Below are positions 36,950-49,706 of a stretch of 52,025 bases of DNA, one piece after another; position 1 is the stretch's first letter, and each line of letters opens with the position of its first letter. A model generated the notes under the pieces. The model saw nothing but the letters and a program-made list of their open reading frames with translations, was not told where the DNA came from and ran no database searches. The translations under genes were made by a program, and so were the position numbers. Source of the DNA: Octopus bimaculoides (Eukaryota); assembly GCF_001194135.2 (NCBI RefSeq), contig NC_068994.1, forward strand, positions 28,368,549 through 28,420,573. The letters run 5' to 3'.

Positions 36950-37210
36950 TCCAATGCATAAAGGAAGTACTTCACGTGGTGTAAAGCTTGAACACCAAAC
37001 ATTGTGCACAAGAGGAAAAATTTTGATGAAGTGATTTAGATTGCATGAAAGTGAAGGTGTCACACCATCAGATGATCTTGTGAAAGAACAAGCAAAAACG
37101 TTCCAAAGAACTCAGATTACAGTGAAGGCTGGCTGCAGCATTTCAAGGATCAACATGGGTTAAAGTTTCATGCTGTGTGTGATGAAAAACAATCAGCTGA
37201 AAATGCATCA
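36950..37210 (+). pseudogene. pogo/Tigger transposase remnant (CENP-B-type HTH)
   Basis: DLVKEQAK...DYSEGWLQHFKDQHGLKFHAVCDEKQSAE (from ~37115). Confidence 0.7.
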
Positions 37211-37859
37211 TTATTGCTAAGAAATTGTGCAGATGGTTGTAAATCCCTAGCAGCAAGACAGTGATGAAATTGAGGAAGATGTGAGTTTCTATTGATTGGT
37301 TAATTCGGCTAACAAATCTAAAACAACTCAGTTTTATAAGTGAGCAAGAAATAAGGAACATCTGTATGCTGCAAGATAAACTGATCAAAGAAAGGCCAAA
37401 AATGTACAACAGAGTCATCACTTGAAAATCCAGTGCCTTCAAACATAACCTCGTCCAGGTGTGCTGCCATCTTTAGTTCCTGATATTTCACTCACCTTAC
37501 AAGATGAGTCCTGGCAGCCCTTCACCTCAAGAAGATGCCAATCTTGATATCCTTTCACCACAGTGATGATCTTTGTGTATGTCAACAGAATCAACGTACC
37601 AGTACTTCACCACTCATTTTACCTGGGTTTTATTAGAATTTCATTTGATGTCTCCCTTTTCTTGATTTATAGGGTACCTTACCTACCATATTTAATCAAT
37701 TGATAATCCGGCACTCTCCAGGTCTCAACAATGCCAGTATTAGTGGTTGTGCACTGTATAGAAATAAACCCATCAAACATGTTTAAAACAATAAAAAAGA
37801 AAAAAATTTTTTATTTTCACTCAGGTCATTTATTTCAGCATTAGTCAATCCTGCTTTAA

Positions 37860-37937
37860 TTACAGAATATAATCAGGAAACTCAAATACAACTTCCTTCC
37901 CTGTCAATCTTTTGTAAACTGCTCGAAATACTTCAAG
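37860..37937 (-). CDS. RPS7: 40S ribosomal protein S7 (eS7), last exon
   Basis: poly-T ... tttcag|LEVFRAVYKRLTGKEVVFEFPDYIL*; AATAAA on - at 37834-37829 and 37815-37810. Confidence 0.93.
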   Translation of the reverse strand, partial: LEVFRAVYKRLTGKEVVFEFPDYIL

Positions 37938-37946
37938 CTGAAACAG

Positions 37947-37982
<36 letters not shown>

Positions 37983-38666
37983 NNNNNNNNNNNNNNNNNN
38001 NNNNNNNNNNNNNNNNNNNNNNNNNNNNNNNNNNNNNNNNNNNNNNNNNNNNNNNNNNNNNNNNNNNNNNNNNNNNNNNNNNNNNNNNNNNNNNNNNNNN
38101 NNNNNNNNNNNNNNNNNNNNNNNNNNNNNNNNNNNNNNNNNNNNNNNNNNNNNNNNNNNNNNNNNNNNNNNNNNNNNNNNNNNNNNNNNNNNNNNNNNNN
38201 NNNNNNNNNNNNNNNNNNNNNNNNNNNNNNNNNNNNNNNNNNNNNNNNNNNNNNNNNNNNNNNNNNNNNNNNNNNNNNNNNNNNNNNNNNNNNNNNNNNN
38301 NNNNNNNNNNNNNNNNNNNNNNNNNNNNNNNNNNNNNNNNNNNNNNNNNNNNNNNNNNNNNNNNNNNNNNNNNNNNNNNNNNNNNNNNNNNNNNNNNNNN
38401 NNNNNNNNNNNNNNNNNNNNNNNNNNNNNNNNNNNNNNNNNNNNNNNNNNNNNNNNNNNNNNNNNNNNNNNNNNNNNNNNNNNNNNNNNNNNNNNNNNNN
38501 NNNNNNNNNNNNNNNNNNNNNNNNNNNNNNNNNNNNNNNNNNNNTTTAGAGATTTGGAATTTATCGTTTGACTTGTAAAATTTTTGGTTTCATCTGGATT
38601 ATCGCAACATTCTGTTTCTCTAGTTTCATAATTTTTTTAGTTCAGTAAAAGTAACAGTATCATATT

Positions 38667-38930
38667 TTAATTCAGCTCATATTCCCCATTTTCTAAATTC
38701 AATCTAACTTCTGTTTTTTTTCTATGCAAATCTTCACTCATTGAGTTCTGTATTTGTAGACCTGAATTTTTCCAGCAATTTACAATTGTCTTTTTTACAA
38801 CTGAATCCCATGCCTGGACTGACCAAAAAATACCATCCAATAATGATTCCTCTTGAATTGACACTTTCACATCTTTATTAATCAAATTTTTAATAAAAAT
38901 CATATTGTGTAGTTGTACCTGAATGACCAA
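38667..38930 (-). pseudogene. pogo/Tigger DDE-domain remnant
   Basis: LLDGIFWSVQAWDSVVKKTIVNCWKNSG resembles the Tigger LLDAI....AW..V...TI.NCW..G motif. Confidence 0.6.
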
Positions 38931-39663
38931 ATTAATACACCATTTTGAGCGTGGCTGTTGCCAGTACCGCCTGACTGGCCTTCGTGCCGGTGGCATGTAA
39001 AAGCACCCAGCTGTAGAAACTCTGCCAAATCAGATTGGAGCCTGGTGTAGCCATCTGGTTCACCAGACCTCAGTCAAATCGTCCAACCCATGCTAGCATG
39101 GAAAGCAGACGTTAAACGATGATGATTTGTTTTACTTTTTATTTACTTGTAATTGTAATCTACCTGCAAGGTGAGTGATAAGTTTTGATTTAATTTCTAT
39201 TGTAAATCTTTATATATGTTCCTGTGTATTCACGTATGCGTGAGTATATTTCATTTAGTTGATGTATTTATTTTCTAGTTGCCTTCAAAAACAAATTCCA
39301 ATGCTTCAGTTTATTTCACGTTTATGGTACACCTGTTCTTCTGTGCATTAAATTCAACTGATAATCTAGTGATGTGCACAATTCTTCTATATCAAAATTT
39401 TGTTGTATACCCAATTGAACATTAACTGATGATTCATTTTCTATGGTGATGTTTAAACAAAATCTTAATATTTTTACATTTTGTTCAGTTTACCTGGATT
39501 TACCTGTAATTAGAGTCACTTTGAGACAAAAGTTATGCAATAGAATTGAGAACCTTTTCTTTAAATTCCTTTAATTTTGTATTATCATTGTTAGGAAAAA
39601 CGTAACTTTTAGTCTGCAATATTTTGTAGAACAGTCTTTTCTGCATTACATTCAAGTTTGTCT

Positions 39664-41210
39664 TTAACCATTTCAATACTAACCCGACCGAGAGTACCCA
39701 TTGTTATTTAAATGTAAATTTGAACACAAATCTTGTTAGTACATTCATGAAAACGTGATTTCACTTTGGCATGATATTTGAACTTGGTAAATTTTGGAAG
39801 ATTTTCCCCCACATTTTTTGTGGCATTGATTTTTTTCAACTTTGAAAATGGAGTGGAGTTTCATGCTGTCAAGCAGTGATTCCGAATTTGAAGGCTTTTC
39901 AACAGAAGATATAGAGAAAAAGAATGAATGAGGTACATGGTGAGTGAAAATGAATTGTCTATTTCTGCATCCGAAACCAGCGATTCTGAAGAAACTGAAA
40001 GCGGTGACAGCGACAGCGAGGACGATTTTACACCAGAATGAAGTAAAAACTTCCAAGGAGATAGGGTCTACTCAGTCTTTCCCAGAAAGTGAAACCATAT
40101 ACTTTTTATTATTTTTTTCCAGTATGCTTGCTTGAAGCGATTACTGCAGGCTTGTGGTTTCCCCACAACCGTAGAAGAAATACGAGCATTTTTTGCCATA
40201 AATATTATTATGGGTATTAGACAGTTACCCAGAATAACAAATTACTGGAGTGATCAGGAACCTTTTGGCGATGAATATATTTCCAGTATTATGAACGAGT
40301 ACGATTCGTGAAGCTGAACCAATATTTACATGCGAGAGACACTAGCAGTACCCCAGTACGTAGAGAACCAAACTTTGATCCCTTATTTAAAATAAGACCC
40401 CTCATTGACTGCATTCAAAATGCATATAAAACAGTTTACAACCACGAGAGATACTTATCCATCGATGAGGGCATGGTGGGGTATAAAGGAAGGGTACGCT
40501 TCCAACAGTATATGCCAGGAAAGCCTATGAAATGGGGGATCAAAGTTTGGAAAATTTGTGAAGCAAATACTGGGTACTGCTGTGGATTTAGTTTTTATAC
40601 AGGGAAAAGAGACAATAATGTTAGTCAGTATGGTCTAGGGTATGATGTGGTCTGGAATTTATCACTTCCATCAGGGCTGTAAATTATTTTTTGACCAATC
40701 TTTTAGTCCAGTCAAACTTGCAGTGGATTTAGAAGCTGTAGCAACGTATACATATGCAACAGTAATTGCTAGTAGAAAAAAGGCTGCCGTTAGATATAAA
40801 AAAAGCAAAATTGAAAAGGGTAAAATAATCCAATAGCAGAAAGGAAATCTGCTAGCAACCGCATACAGAGATAGGCAAATAAATAAACCTGGGGTTTGCA
40901 AAAGGCAGTGCCTTGAATGCCTACATCAAAAAAGAAAAACTAACAGTGGACGGCCAGTTAAAACATCCCTCCAATGTGCATTCTGCAAGGTTGCAGTATG
41001 GAGAGTGGGATTCAGAATCACAGCTTGATAGCATGAAACTCCAATCCATTTTCAAAGTTGGAAAAAAAAACCGATGCTGAAAAAATGTGGCAAAAAATCT
41101 CCCAAAATTCACTGAGCTCAGATATCACGCCAAACAATAACAATGGACACTTTCGGCCGGCTGCCTCTCACGAACTAAAGGATGTTTTGGCTGGCCATGT
41201 CCAGGTTGGT
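39664..41210 (+). mobile_element. piggyBac DNA transposon, degenerate, in RPS7 intron 6
   Basis: DPLFKIRPLID...LSIDEGMVGYKGRVRFQQYMPGKPMKWGIKVWKICEANTGY (DDE_Tnp_1_7-type). ~110 bp subterminal inverted repeats at ~39785-39900 and ~41005-41115. Left end TTAA|CCATTT at 39664. Confidence 0.85.
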
Positions 41211-41856
41211 ATTCCCACTGTTCTTATTNNNNNNNNNNAAAAAAAAAAAACGAAAATCTGCAAACTTTTCTTTGGAGTTTGTTATTCAGAGAAAACCCAA
41301 TATCGACAGGTTAGACTGAACTACTGAAATCAACACTTGCAGGAGTACACCCATTGTAAAATCGAAGTCCACTCACAATGTCCCTTTTACCTCACCAAAG
41401 GGACTATTTCTACTTTGTGATTGTAAATCTCCTGAAAGGTAACCGGTGTATAAATAACCCCTGCTCTTACACAATACCAAATACTAGTCACGACCAGCAC
41501 CAGATTAAGGCATGAGCTTCAAGGATCTCTATGTTAGAAAATATCACTGGGGAGCCGCAAAAGGGTCTACAAAATTTTAACCTAGCTCTCTAGCGACATC
41601 GCTCTTATAACATGATTAAGAAATTTGCATGGATGATCTTTCTTCTTGGTATAACCGGTTACACAATCAACACCACCTAACCAATGGGTGCTTTTAATGG
41701 AACCCAGACTCTTGCAGGCATTTGAGACAAGTCGCCAGCTTGAGACCCTGAAAAAACTCATGGGCACTATCATTACTCCCTTATTCCAAAAAATCCAAAC
41801 ATTCACATCATACAAGAAGTCAGACCAGCAATGTAAGAGCCAAAAACCAAACATAC

Positions 41857-42007
41857 CTTATGTTCAATGTTAGTTTGTTGATTCTTGTCTAAATGCACCT
41901 TTATTAGCTTAGAGCCATCCATCTTTACACGTATCCTCTTGCCAACGATCTCAGCAGGGAAACATAAGTCTTCTAAGATTGCTTCATGGACAGAGGTCAA
42001 AGTTCGA
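41857..42007 (-). CDS. RPS7: RPS7 coding exon 5
   Basis: ttttag|[51 protein letters not shown]|gtatgt; 151 nt. Confidence 0.96.
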
Positions 42008-42215
42008 CTAAAATGAATGAGAAACAGGAATATCAATCAAGGAAAATGTGTGTACAAACACATCACATATAAACTGCTTATGAACATATTCTACTAAACG
42101 AGATTAACTCTATTAGCAATTACAATCACAATGCAAAATAAAGATAATAATATTCATCTTTATTACAAACAGATGAATCATGTATACACACACATTATAG
42201 AATTTGATAACACAC

Positions 42216-42280
42216 CTGATAGGTCTCTTTTGCTTTTGCTTGTTCTTGATCTTTCTATTGGGCTTTGGCAAAATTCGCCT
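42216..42280 (-). CDS. RPS7: RPS7 coding exon 4
   Basis: tttacag|RRILPKPNRKIKNKQKQKRPI AG|gtgtgt; 65 nt. Confidence 0.95.
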
Positions 42281-43569
42281 CTGTAAAAAGAAAAATATAC
42301 AGAAATAGGTAATACGAGCACAGATCAACCCATTTGTGACATTTCTAATGAAATACGTATTACATGCAATTTCTCTCAAATAAGTACTTAAATAAATTGA
42401 AATAAAATAACCTTCTCAGTAAGTTGATGTTATGAATATAACATTGGGAAACAGACGTGGTTTCTTGGATTGCTTGCTCCCAGGCTGAAACCAGCAAATG
42501 CCTACTTTGATCACTACTCTGAAGAACAACCTCCTCCATACTAAACTATTTTTCACAGCCAATTTGACTTCACTGACCAAGACAAATTGGTATAACAAAA
42601 GAGGTCAGCAAAAAACTATATGATATGCCTACACATCCATTCACTTCATTAACTATACATTTTTCTTATTCTCTATACATCTTTGCAAAGTTGCAAACAC
42701 CAAACAGTTTTAATAGCATTGGAAGTGCCAAAAACAAACCACTTCAGTATTCCCACTGTTCTTATTGCAGTCAGCAACATAACATCTGCCAAAAGACTTC
42801 AGCAAGACAACCCACTTGAACAGCTCCTCTTTGCATTAGCTGTTCACTAAATTATTCCACTGTCTTATATGGTCAAGTGAATGGCATTGAAGAGCCTATC
42901 AGCCCTATTGCTTTTTGGACTTGAAATAATTTGAAACAAGCCAGACATGACAAATATGAATGACAAGGAGCCAACTTTGTAACTGTTTGCAATATTTGAT
43001 TTAAGCTGGCCTAAGTGTGACAAACTGAGGTATGGTGCCTACATTCAGTTCATCAATTCTTTTGAAAACTCTCTGCAATCAAATTAAAAGTTACACACCA
43101 CCTAAAAGAGTGTACAGAGGACCAAGACCAAAAAAAATTAAAAAAGAATCTTCTTAAACCATAAACACAAAGTTTTTCAATGACTGGGTCAGGTCAAACT
43201 TACAGAAAACTTCAAGAATGTAGCAACTAGTATCATACTAAACATTGAAAGCCACTTTATCCTCAACTTTCTAATTTAGCTCTATGTGGCAAATGATAAA
43301 TTCTGTCTAATGATTATTAATGAATATTTTCCTCACATACTGGTGTTCATGCTTCCTTTCTAACCTCTATGTACACTAGTTTTGTACATACCCAATATTA
43401 AAATTGAAAACCCAGTAACATACCCAACTATGTTCCACTGTCTTATACTACAATTAGTACTACTGAAGTTATCCATTCCTCAACTGAAAAATGGATAACT
43501 TCACTGTATATGATATTAGTAGAGATACTCAGCACTGCTCAGGGTAGAAAATGGCATAGCTTTTATTGT

Positions 43570-44070
43570 TTTGTTTTTAAAGTTCAGAGGATCCATCCAG
43601 CTAGCCAACTGCATTTTATTACCAAATTGGTAATATACACTTGAAAACATGCATTACTGCTCATGTCAATGCCCAGATCATGCACTGATTTTGATTCTGG
43701 GACTTGAATTCCTCCTGGGCCAGTGTATCCGGTCTGCATGTCATTTAGCTCTGTGTTGGTAGCATAGGGCCTGGAATTTTCCTGCATGTAGTTGTCTTCA
43801 GCCCACCTATATATTGCTTCCAACTCCCATTGCAGATGTGCAATATTTTCAGGATTTTGTATTGTCTGAGAGACTGTTGTGGCATCTGCATAGCTAGCAT
43901 GGGTGGCTATCTGAGCAGCCGAGGACATGTCTGAGAGGGCCACTATGAATAGCAGTGGCTCTAAGACAGTGCCCTGTGGAACACCACTTGCTATTTGTTT
44001 CCTTGGAGGTGGCCCCATTGGCCACCACTGCCTTTCTTTTGGAAAGTTGTGCAGCCACTCTCCAAGTTTT
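43570..44070 (-). mobile_element. CR1/L2-type LINE RT fragment in RPS7 intron 4
   Basis: SGVPQGTVLEPLLF...YADA...LQWELEAIYRWAEDNYMQ. Confidence 0.8.
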
Positions 44071-44173
44071 CCGCCTACAAAATATTACATGTTCTAGTTC
44101 TACTAATTAAACAATTTACTTTTAATGATGTTAAACAGCACTTAAAAGATACACAGAATTCTTTTTTACTCAC

Positions 44174-44314
44174 CTGTGCAATGAAAACGACATGTTTCCC
44201 ACTGAACTTCTTTTCTAATTCTCTTACTAAACGGATCTGTATCTTCTGGTAGGACCTCAGCTGAGGTACAGGGACAAAAATAATGATGGCTTTTTTGCCA
44301 CGGATGTCAATTTC
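44174..44314 (-). CDS. RPS7: RPS7 coding exon 3
   Basis: cag|[47 protein letters not shown]|gtgagt; 141 nt. Confidence 0.97.
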
Positions 44315-44349
44315 CTGATGCAAAAAAGAAAAAAAATGTCACGAACCCT

Positions 44350-45000
44350 TCCATTACAAAATTTCAGTCAATATTACTAAACCGTCCCAAACCAGCCATA
44401 ATGATTTATTCCTATTTTAATGAGAATTTCAACACAAATCTCATTAGTAAATTTTCACTAAGGATGGAAAAGGGATACCAGTTTCATGCTGTCAAGCAGC
44501 AACTTTGAATTTGAAGTATTTTGGAAAGACAGAAAATCTCAGAGCATATACGTGATAACAAAAATCAGATATTTATACTTCCGAAAGTGAATTTGCACCT
44601 GAATATAGTAGGAATTAAAAAACTGATTTTGTTAGTCACCTTCGAGGATGCAGAAGGGCTGGCATGGGACTACCAGTGATGGAGAACACTGGTGGACCTG
44701 GTTGGCTCTACGCATGATGATGCTTCTGAGACCACTCACTTGAAATGACTCCAGCCCCATCAACCAAGAGCATGAAGCCAAGCCTATGTGCATTAAGTTG
44801 AACTAATAAATAATTAGTAATTTGCAAAATTCTTCTGTCTCAAAATCTTGTATACCCATTGAATTAGCTAATAACTCATTTTCTATGCAGATGATTAAAC
44901 AAAATTTAAATAATTTTATATATTGTTGAATTTACCTGTAATTAGATTCACTGAGATGAAAAATTTATGAAATATTTGGTTAAGAACCTATTGTGTTCCA
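44350..45000 (+). mobile_element. Non-coding remnant of the same piggyBac-related family, in RPS7 intron 3
   Basis: Shares aacacaaatct..ttagta and gtttcatgctgtcaagcag with 39720-39890; 44815-45000 matches 39365-39555. Confidence 0.6.
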
Positions 45001-45180
45001 AAAATCACAATATGTTGATAAATAAACAAGGAGTTGTTTTATTAAACCAGTATAAATTTTCGATTATTTTAGAATTTAATTGAAACATTAGTTAGAAATA
45101 TACTAACAAAAGGGTTAAATATAATCAAAGCACAACAAACTGCAGAATTTGATGAAGATGTATAAAATCAACCAACCAAC

Positions 45181-45252
45181 CTTTGCTCCAGTAATGTACA
45201 GCTCTCTCAACTGGTTCTTTAAATCACTACTAATTTCCAACTCCAAAAGAGC
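45181..45252 (-). CDS. RPS7: RPS7 coding exon 2
   Basis: ttttgcag|ALLELEISSDLKNQLRELYITGAK|gttggt; 72 nt. Confidence 0.96.
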
Positions 45253-45491
45253 CTGCAAAAGTATGGAGATGTACACAAATTGAAAACCAAACACACACAT
45301 ACATACTGCACTACAGAATATACGAATAGATTTTATTCACCATTACCTAAGTGTAAACTATGCCTATTTTTTAAAAAACTATTTAATCAAAGAGAGGACA
45401 GTGCCCAGGAGCTTGTGTGTATATATATACATCTATATATATATGTGTGTGTGTATACTGATACACACATACAAACATATGAAGGTACATA

Positions 45492-45812
45492 CGTGGCTGT
45501 GGTAAGAAGCTTGCTTCTCAACCACATGGCCGTAGGTTCAGTCCCACTGCATAGCATGTTGAGCAAGTGTCTTCTGCTAAAGCCTCAGGCTGACCAAAGC
45601 CTTGCAACTGAAAGAAACCCCCCTTCATATGTACATTATGTATTTGTCCCCACTTGACAACCGGTGTTGGCATGTTTACATCCCCATAACTTAGTGATTC
45701 GCCAAAAGAGAACGATAGAGTAAGTACTAGGCTTAAAAAGAAGTCTAGAGTCAATTTGTTTGACTAAAACTCAAGGTAGTACTCCAGCATGGTTGCAGTC
45801 AAAATGACAAAC
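45492..45812 (+). mobile_element. CORE-type SINE copy in RPS7 intron 2
   Basis: Similar to 25283-25656 in opposite orientation. Confidence 0.8.
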
Positions 45813-46189
45813 GTGTGTATATACACACACATATATACAATGAAAAGGCAAATGACTGGCATCAGTTTACATCATAGCATTTATATAAACATAATTTGCA
45901 AGTTACAACAGAGTAGGGGGAAAAAATGAAGGTGTGCAAATGATGCATTTCCCTGCAAACAAAGATAAGCTAGATCCTTAGTAGGGGATAATAGCAACCA
46001 CTTCCATAATTAGAGATAGCGTCTATCCCTGGTGGTGGAATAGACTGCTACTGTATGAACAGCTTATCTTCATTTACAGGGAAATGCACCATACAAGAGA
46101 CTATTTGTACATCTCACTTCTTTTTCTACTATGCCATAACTTAAACCAATACCAGTAGTTTGCCTGTTCATTACCATTGTAAATAACCA

Positions 46190-47180
46190 TATTTATCCGT
46201 TTTGATACCAAACTGCCTGAATGTGTCAGAATTTCAATTCAGCTCTAACTGGTCAAAATTACCTAGCCATATTTAAACAAGAATTTCAGCATCAATCTCA
46301 TTAGTCCATTTATGAAAACACAATTTCACTACATAAAGAATGAGTTACAGTATCTGACATTATTTGGTGTGATATCTGACCTCTAAATCTTTGGACAGTT
46401 TGTTCTATATTGATTTTTTGAAAAGTTTATAATCATTAGCATTTAAGCTAGCCATATCCGACCAAAATACTCATGCTCAAACTTTTCACACCTGCTCTAC
46501 AATGTCATGCAAAAATTATACAATCACATCAAAATCTCAAAGCAATGAGTAGTGTGTGAGAATGAAAGTTATTCTGACAACAACTGTTTGTCTTACTGAT
46601 TTTTTTGCAGAGACTGGACCTAGCCACAATCTTTTCCAGGAAGTAAAACCATCAGACTAGTTCTACCTCCTAATTTCTTCAAAGCAATTACTGTGGCAAC
46701 TAATTGCTACACAATGTAAACAAAATGATAGAAAAGACCATGTTTGGTCTCCCACATGCTTAGGTAAAAATCTGAGCACTTTTTGCAATCTATATATAAT
46801 TATGGGTGTAAGGAAAGCTACGAACCTTTTGAAGATCAAGGTCTCCAGTATTATGACAGAGACAAGATTTAAAAAACTATCACAGTTCCTATGAGACAGC
46901 AGAGTACACCAATGTGTGGAGATCCAAATTTTAATCCCTTATTAACTGCGATCCAAATTTTAATCCCTCATTGACTGCGACCAAAATGCTTATAAAATAT
47001 TCTATAAACCAGGGAGATACCTATCTCTCAATGAGCATATGGTGGAATACAAAGGCAGAGCACGTTTCTAACAGTATATGCCCGAAAAACCCACAAGATG
47101 AAAGATTTGTGAAGCCAATACTGGGTATTGTTGTAGGTTAAATTTCTATACGGAGGAAAAGGGAGAATAATGTAAGCCAG
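46190..47180 (+). mobile_element. Third piggyBac-family copy with transposase fragment, in RPS7 intron 2
   Basis: 46830-47180 aligns with 40300-40630 (atccctcattgactgc...cagtatatgcccgaaaaaccc...atttgtgaagccaatactggg). It contains a local ~27 bp tandem duplication at ~46920-46980. Confidence 0.75.
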
Positions 47181-48474
47181 TGTAGCAAACTCATAAGAGG
47201 TGAAGAGAGAACATAGGTTTGTTTGCCTGAACAGGAGAAATTATTGATATCTCATTGGTTAAAAATTACCGCCCATATACGAATTCTGAACTTTGTTGAA
47301 GAAGTCTTTCACTAAATACAGTTCTAGAATTCGCGTATGAGCAGTTATAAAAACCCTGATTTTCGGGAAACACTCCAGTGATCGTTGGACCGCCACTCAC
47401 CCTCTTGAGTATCAGCTAATATTTATGCCATGTTCAATACTCAATTCCAACAATACTGAATTGTTGTGAACTCTTGTAGTTAGAATGAAAGATTAGTTAG
47501 TGTAAATTTTAAGTCGTAATTCTCTACGACAAAATGACTTTATTTGTAATGGTTCCATAAATGCCAAATGTACATAATAAACTCATGTAGAAATTTAATT
47601 CTTTTTACTTGTTTCTTTCAACTTGTTGAATTTATTTCTGTATTAATGAAACTGTATTTTTTATGTAACGGTTAAAAGAATACGAATCCATATCTTCAAC
47701 CTACATGCATGTATTGAACGCACGTTCAGCGTCTTGGTATGTATAATTCATTATAACCTTTACGCAGCCTAAACCAAGAGGTATGCTTAGTGATAAATAC
47801 TTATAATTAAGTTATAAGTAACAAGATTATCATTATAGCTTTTAATTAACAAGTAATAATATTTGTTATAACTTATGATCAAAAACATTTAAAATAAGAT
47901 GTAGTATTCACTCCCCGACCTTAACACATAAAACCAGCATGACCTAGAGTACTATGTGATCTGGAATTTATCACTATCATACCATAACCAAGGTCACATA
48001 TAATTATTTTGTCCAGTTTTTTCATTTCAGTCTAACTTGAGTGGATTCACAAACTGTGGTAGCATACATATGTGCTACAGTAGTTGCAAGTAGGAAAGAG
48101 ATGCCATTGTATATATAAAAAGCGAAGCTCTGATCCACAACTTTGTCTTGTCCGGGAAATGAAAAACACGATGTAATTTAAAGGCACAAAGGGATTAATG
48201 AAATTTGAAGAACATGGAGCGGGTGGCGATGGTGTTAAAACCATGGTGGCATCTCGAAAGACATTTTATTCGCGATAGCTATTTCAGAATTTTGTATCAC
48301 CAAAAGCAGAGTTAATCTCAGGTAGGTTTGTACCAGAAGTGCTAAATACTAGTGAACTATGGAATATGTTTATACAAATGACGAAACAAAATTATATGTG
48401 TGTGTATATATATACACACCCACACATATGCACAAGTGATTGTAACAATAAAACCACAGTAATCGGAAACTAAC

Positions 48475-48549
48475 CTGAGAAATTTGTGATTCAAAATCAT
48501 CAGGCTTCTCACCCGGAGGTTTAACAATCTTAGCGCAACTGGAATACAT
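48475..48549 (-). CDS. RPS7: RPS7 coding exon 1
   Basis: tttgtag|[27 protein letters not shown]|gttagt; 75 nt. The acceptor lies directly before the ATG. Full protein is 193 aa. Confidence 0.95.
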
Positions 48550-49580
48550 CTACAAATATAAAATTGATACAAAATTAGTACATTTTAGGATATACATACA
48601 GGTTATGGAAAATATTTTCATACCTACGTCACTGAAATTTATGTAGTAGGCAGGGAATCTCTTATGACATACCAAGTTATTGGAAATTATTCAGTTTACG
48701 TAAGAAAAAAAAAAAAGTAAAAAGGACACAAGTAAATACACCAGAGTATGTTGTCTGATACTTTACTCACTCTTGTCACCCCTCACCATCTTTATCTGTT
48801 ATTTACAACTGATTTCTAGCTTTGCTTTGGAGAAAATGATTATTTACTCGACTAACAATTTGTATCTGTATTTTTTGACTGGTTGTCTAGCTATTATTTC
48901 TTACTGCTTTCTTCCTTTTCATAAAACAGACTTGAAGTTAAAAGTACGCCTCAAAAAAGAAATAAAATAAACAAAAACTGAGAAAAAACAAAAACAACTG
49001 AAATTAAAATTGAAGTTATGAATATTGTCAACAATACGTTTTGATTTCATGAACGTAAATTGAACAATTACACAAGTTATTTTACCAATATTACAGATTT
49101 CACAAACAAACCAATCAATCCAAAAATTACATCCAATAAAAAGAACAGTGAAGTAATGTTTAAGTCGGACAGAAGTCTGCTAAATCAGGGGCCGCTCAGT
49201 TAGATAACAACCACTTATACATGTCAAAGGACGCGGTAGAAATAGTAGCTAAATTTCCTTCAAATCACACGGTATTGCGTTAAATGGAAGGATATAGTGT
49301 GATAAGACAATGGGTTTACTTGTTCGTGATTGACTTAGGCCATACCTCTCCACACACCAATACATTCTTGTTTCCTGCCTATCTGAAAAGAGTACAGGGT
49401 ATTCAGACTAAATCTGAAAGTTTGCATAAAAGGAAAAAACAATATCCCATCCAAAAAATAAAGTATATATTTTTTTTTCAATCAAAAATTACCAACTAGA
49501 TTATGGCCAGAAAATAAGTTTAATTTTGGCCCGAACACCCTGTTTAAAGCATAAATAACACTTCTGTATGGGAAAAAATA

Positions 49581-49706
49581 TGGTAAATTTTCAGATTAAC
49601 ACCCGCACGATCTTCACTAGGGTGTTAGGGTTAGGGACGGAATCCCCTAACCGTAATCCTCACACCCTAGTGAAAATCGTGCGGGTGTTAATCTGAAAAT
49701 TTACCA
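49581..49706. repeat. 126 bp near-perfect palindrome (45 bp arms, 1 mismatch) with TTAGGG units in the spacer
   Basis: tggtaaattttcagattaacacccgcacgatcttcactagggtgt / acaccctagtgaaaatcgtgcgggtgttaatctgaaaatttacca. Confidence 0.9.
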
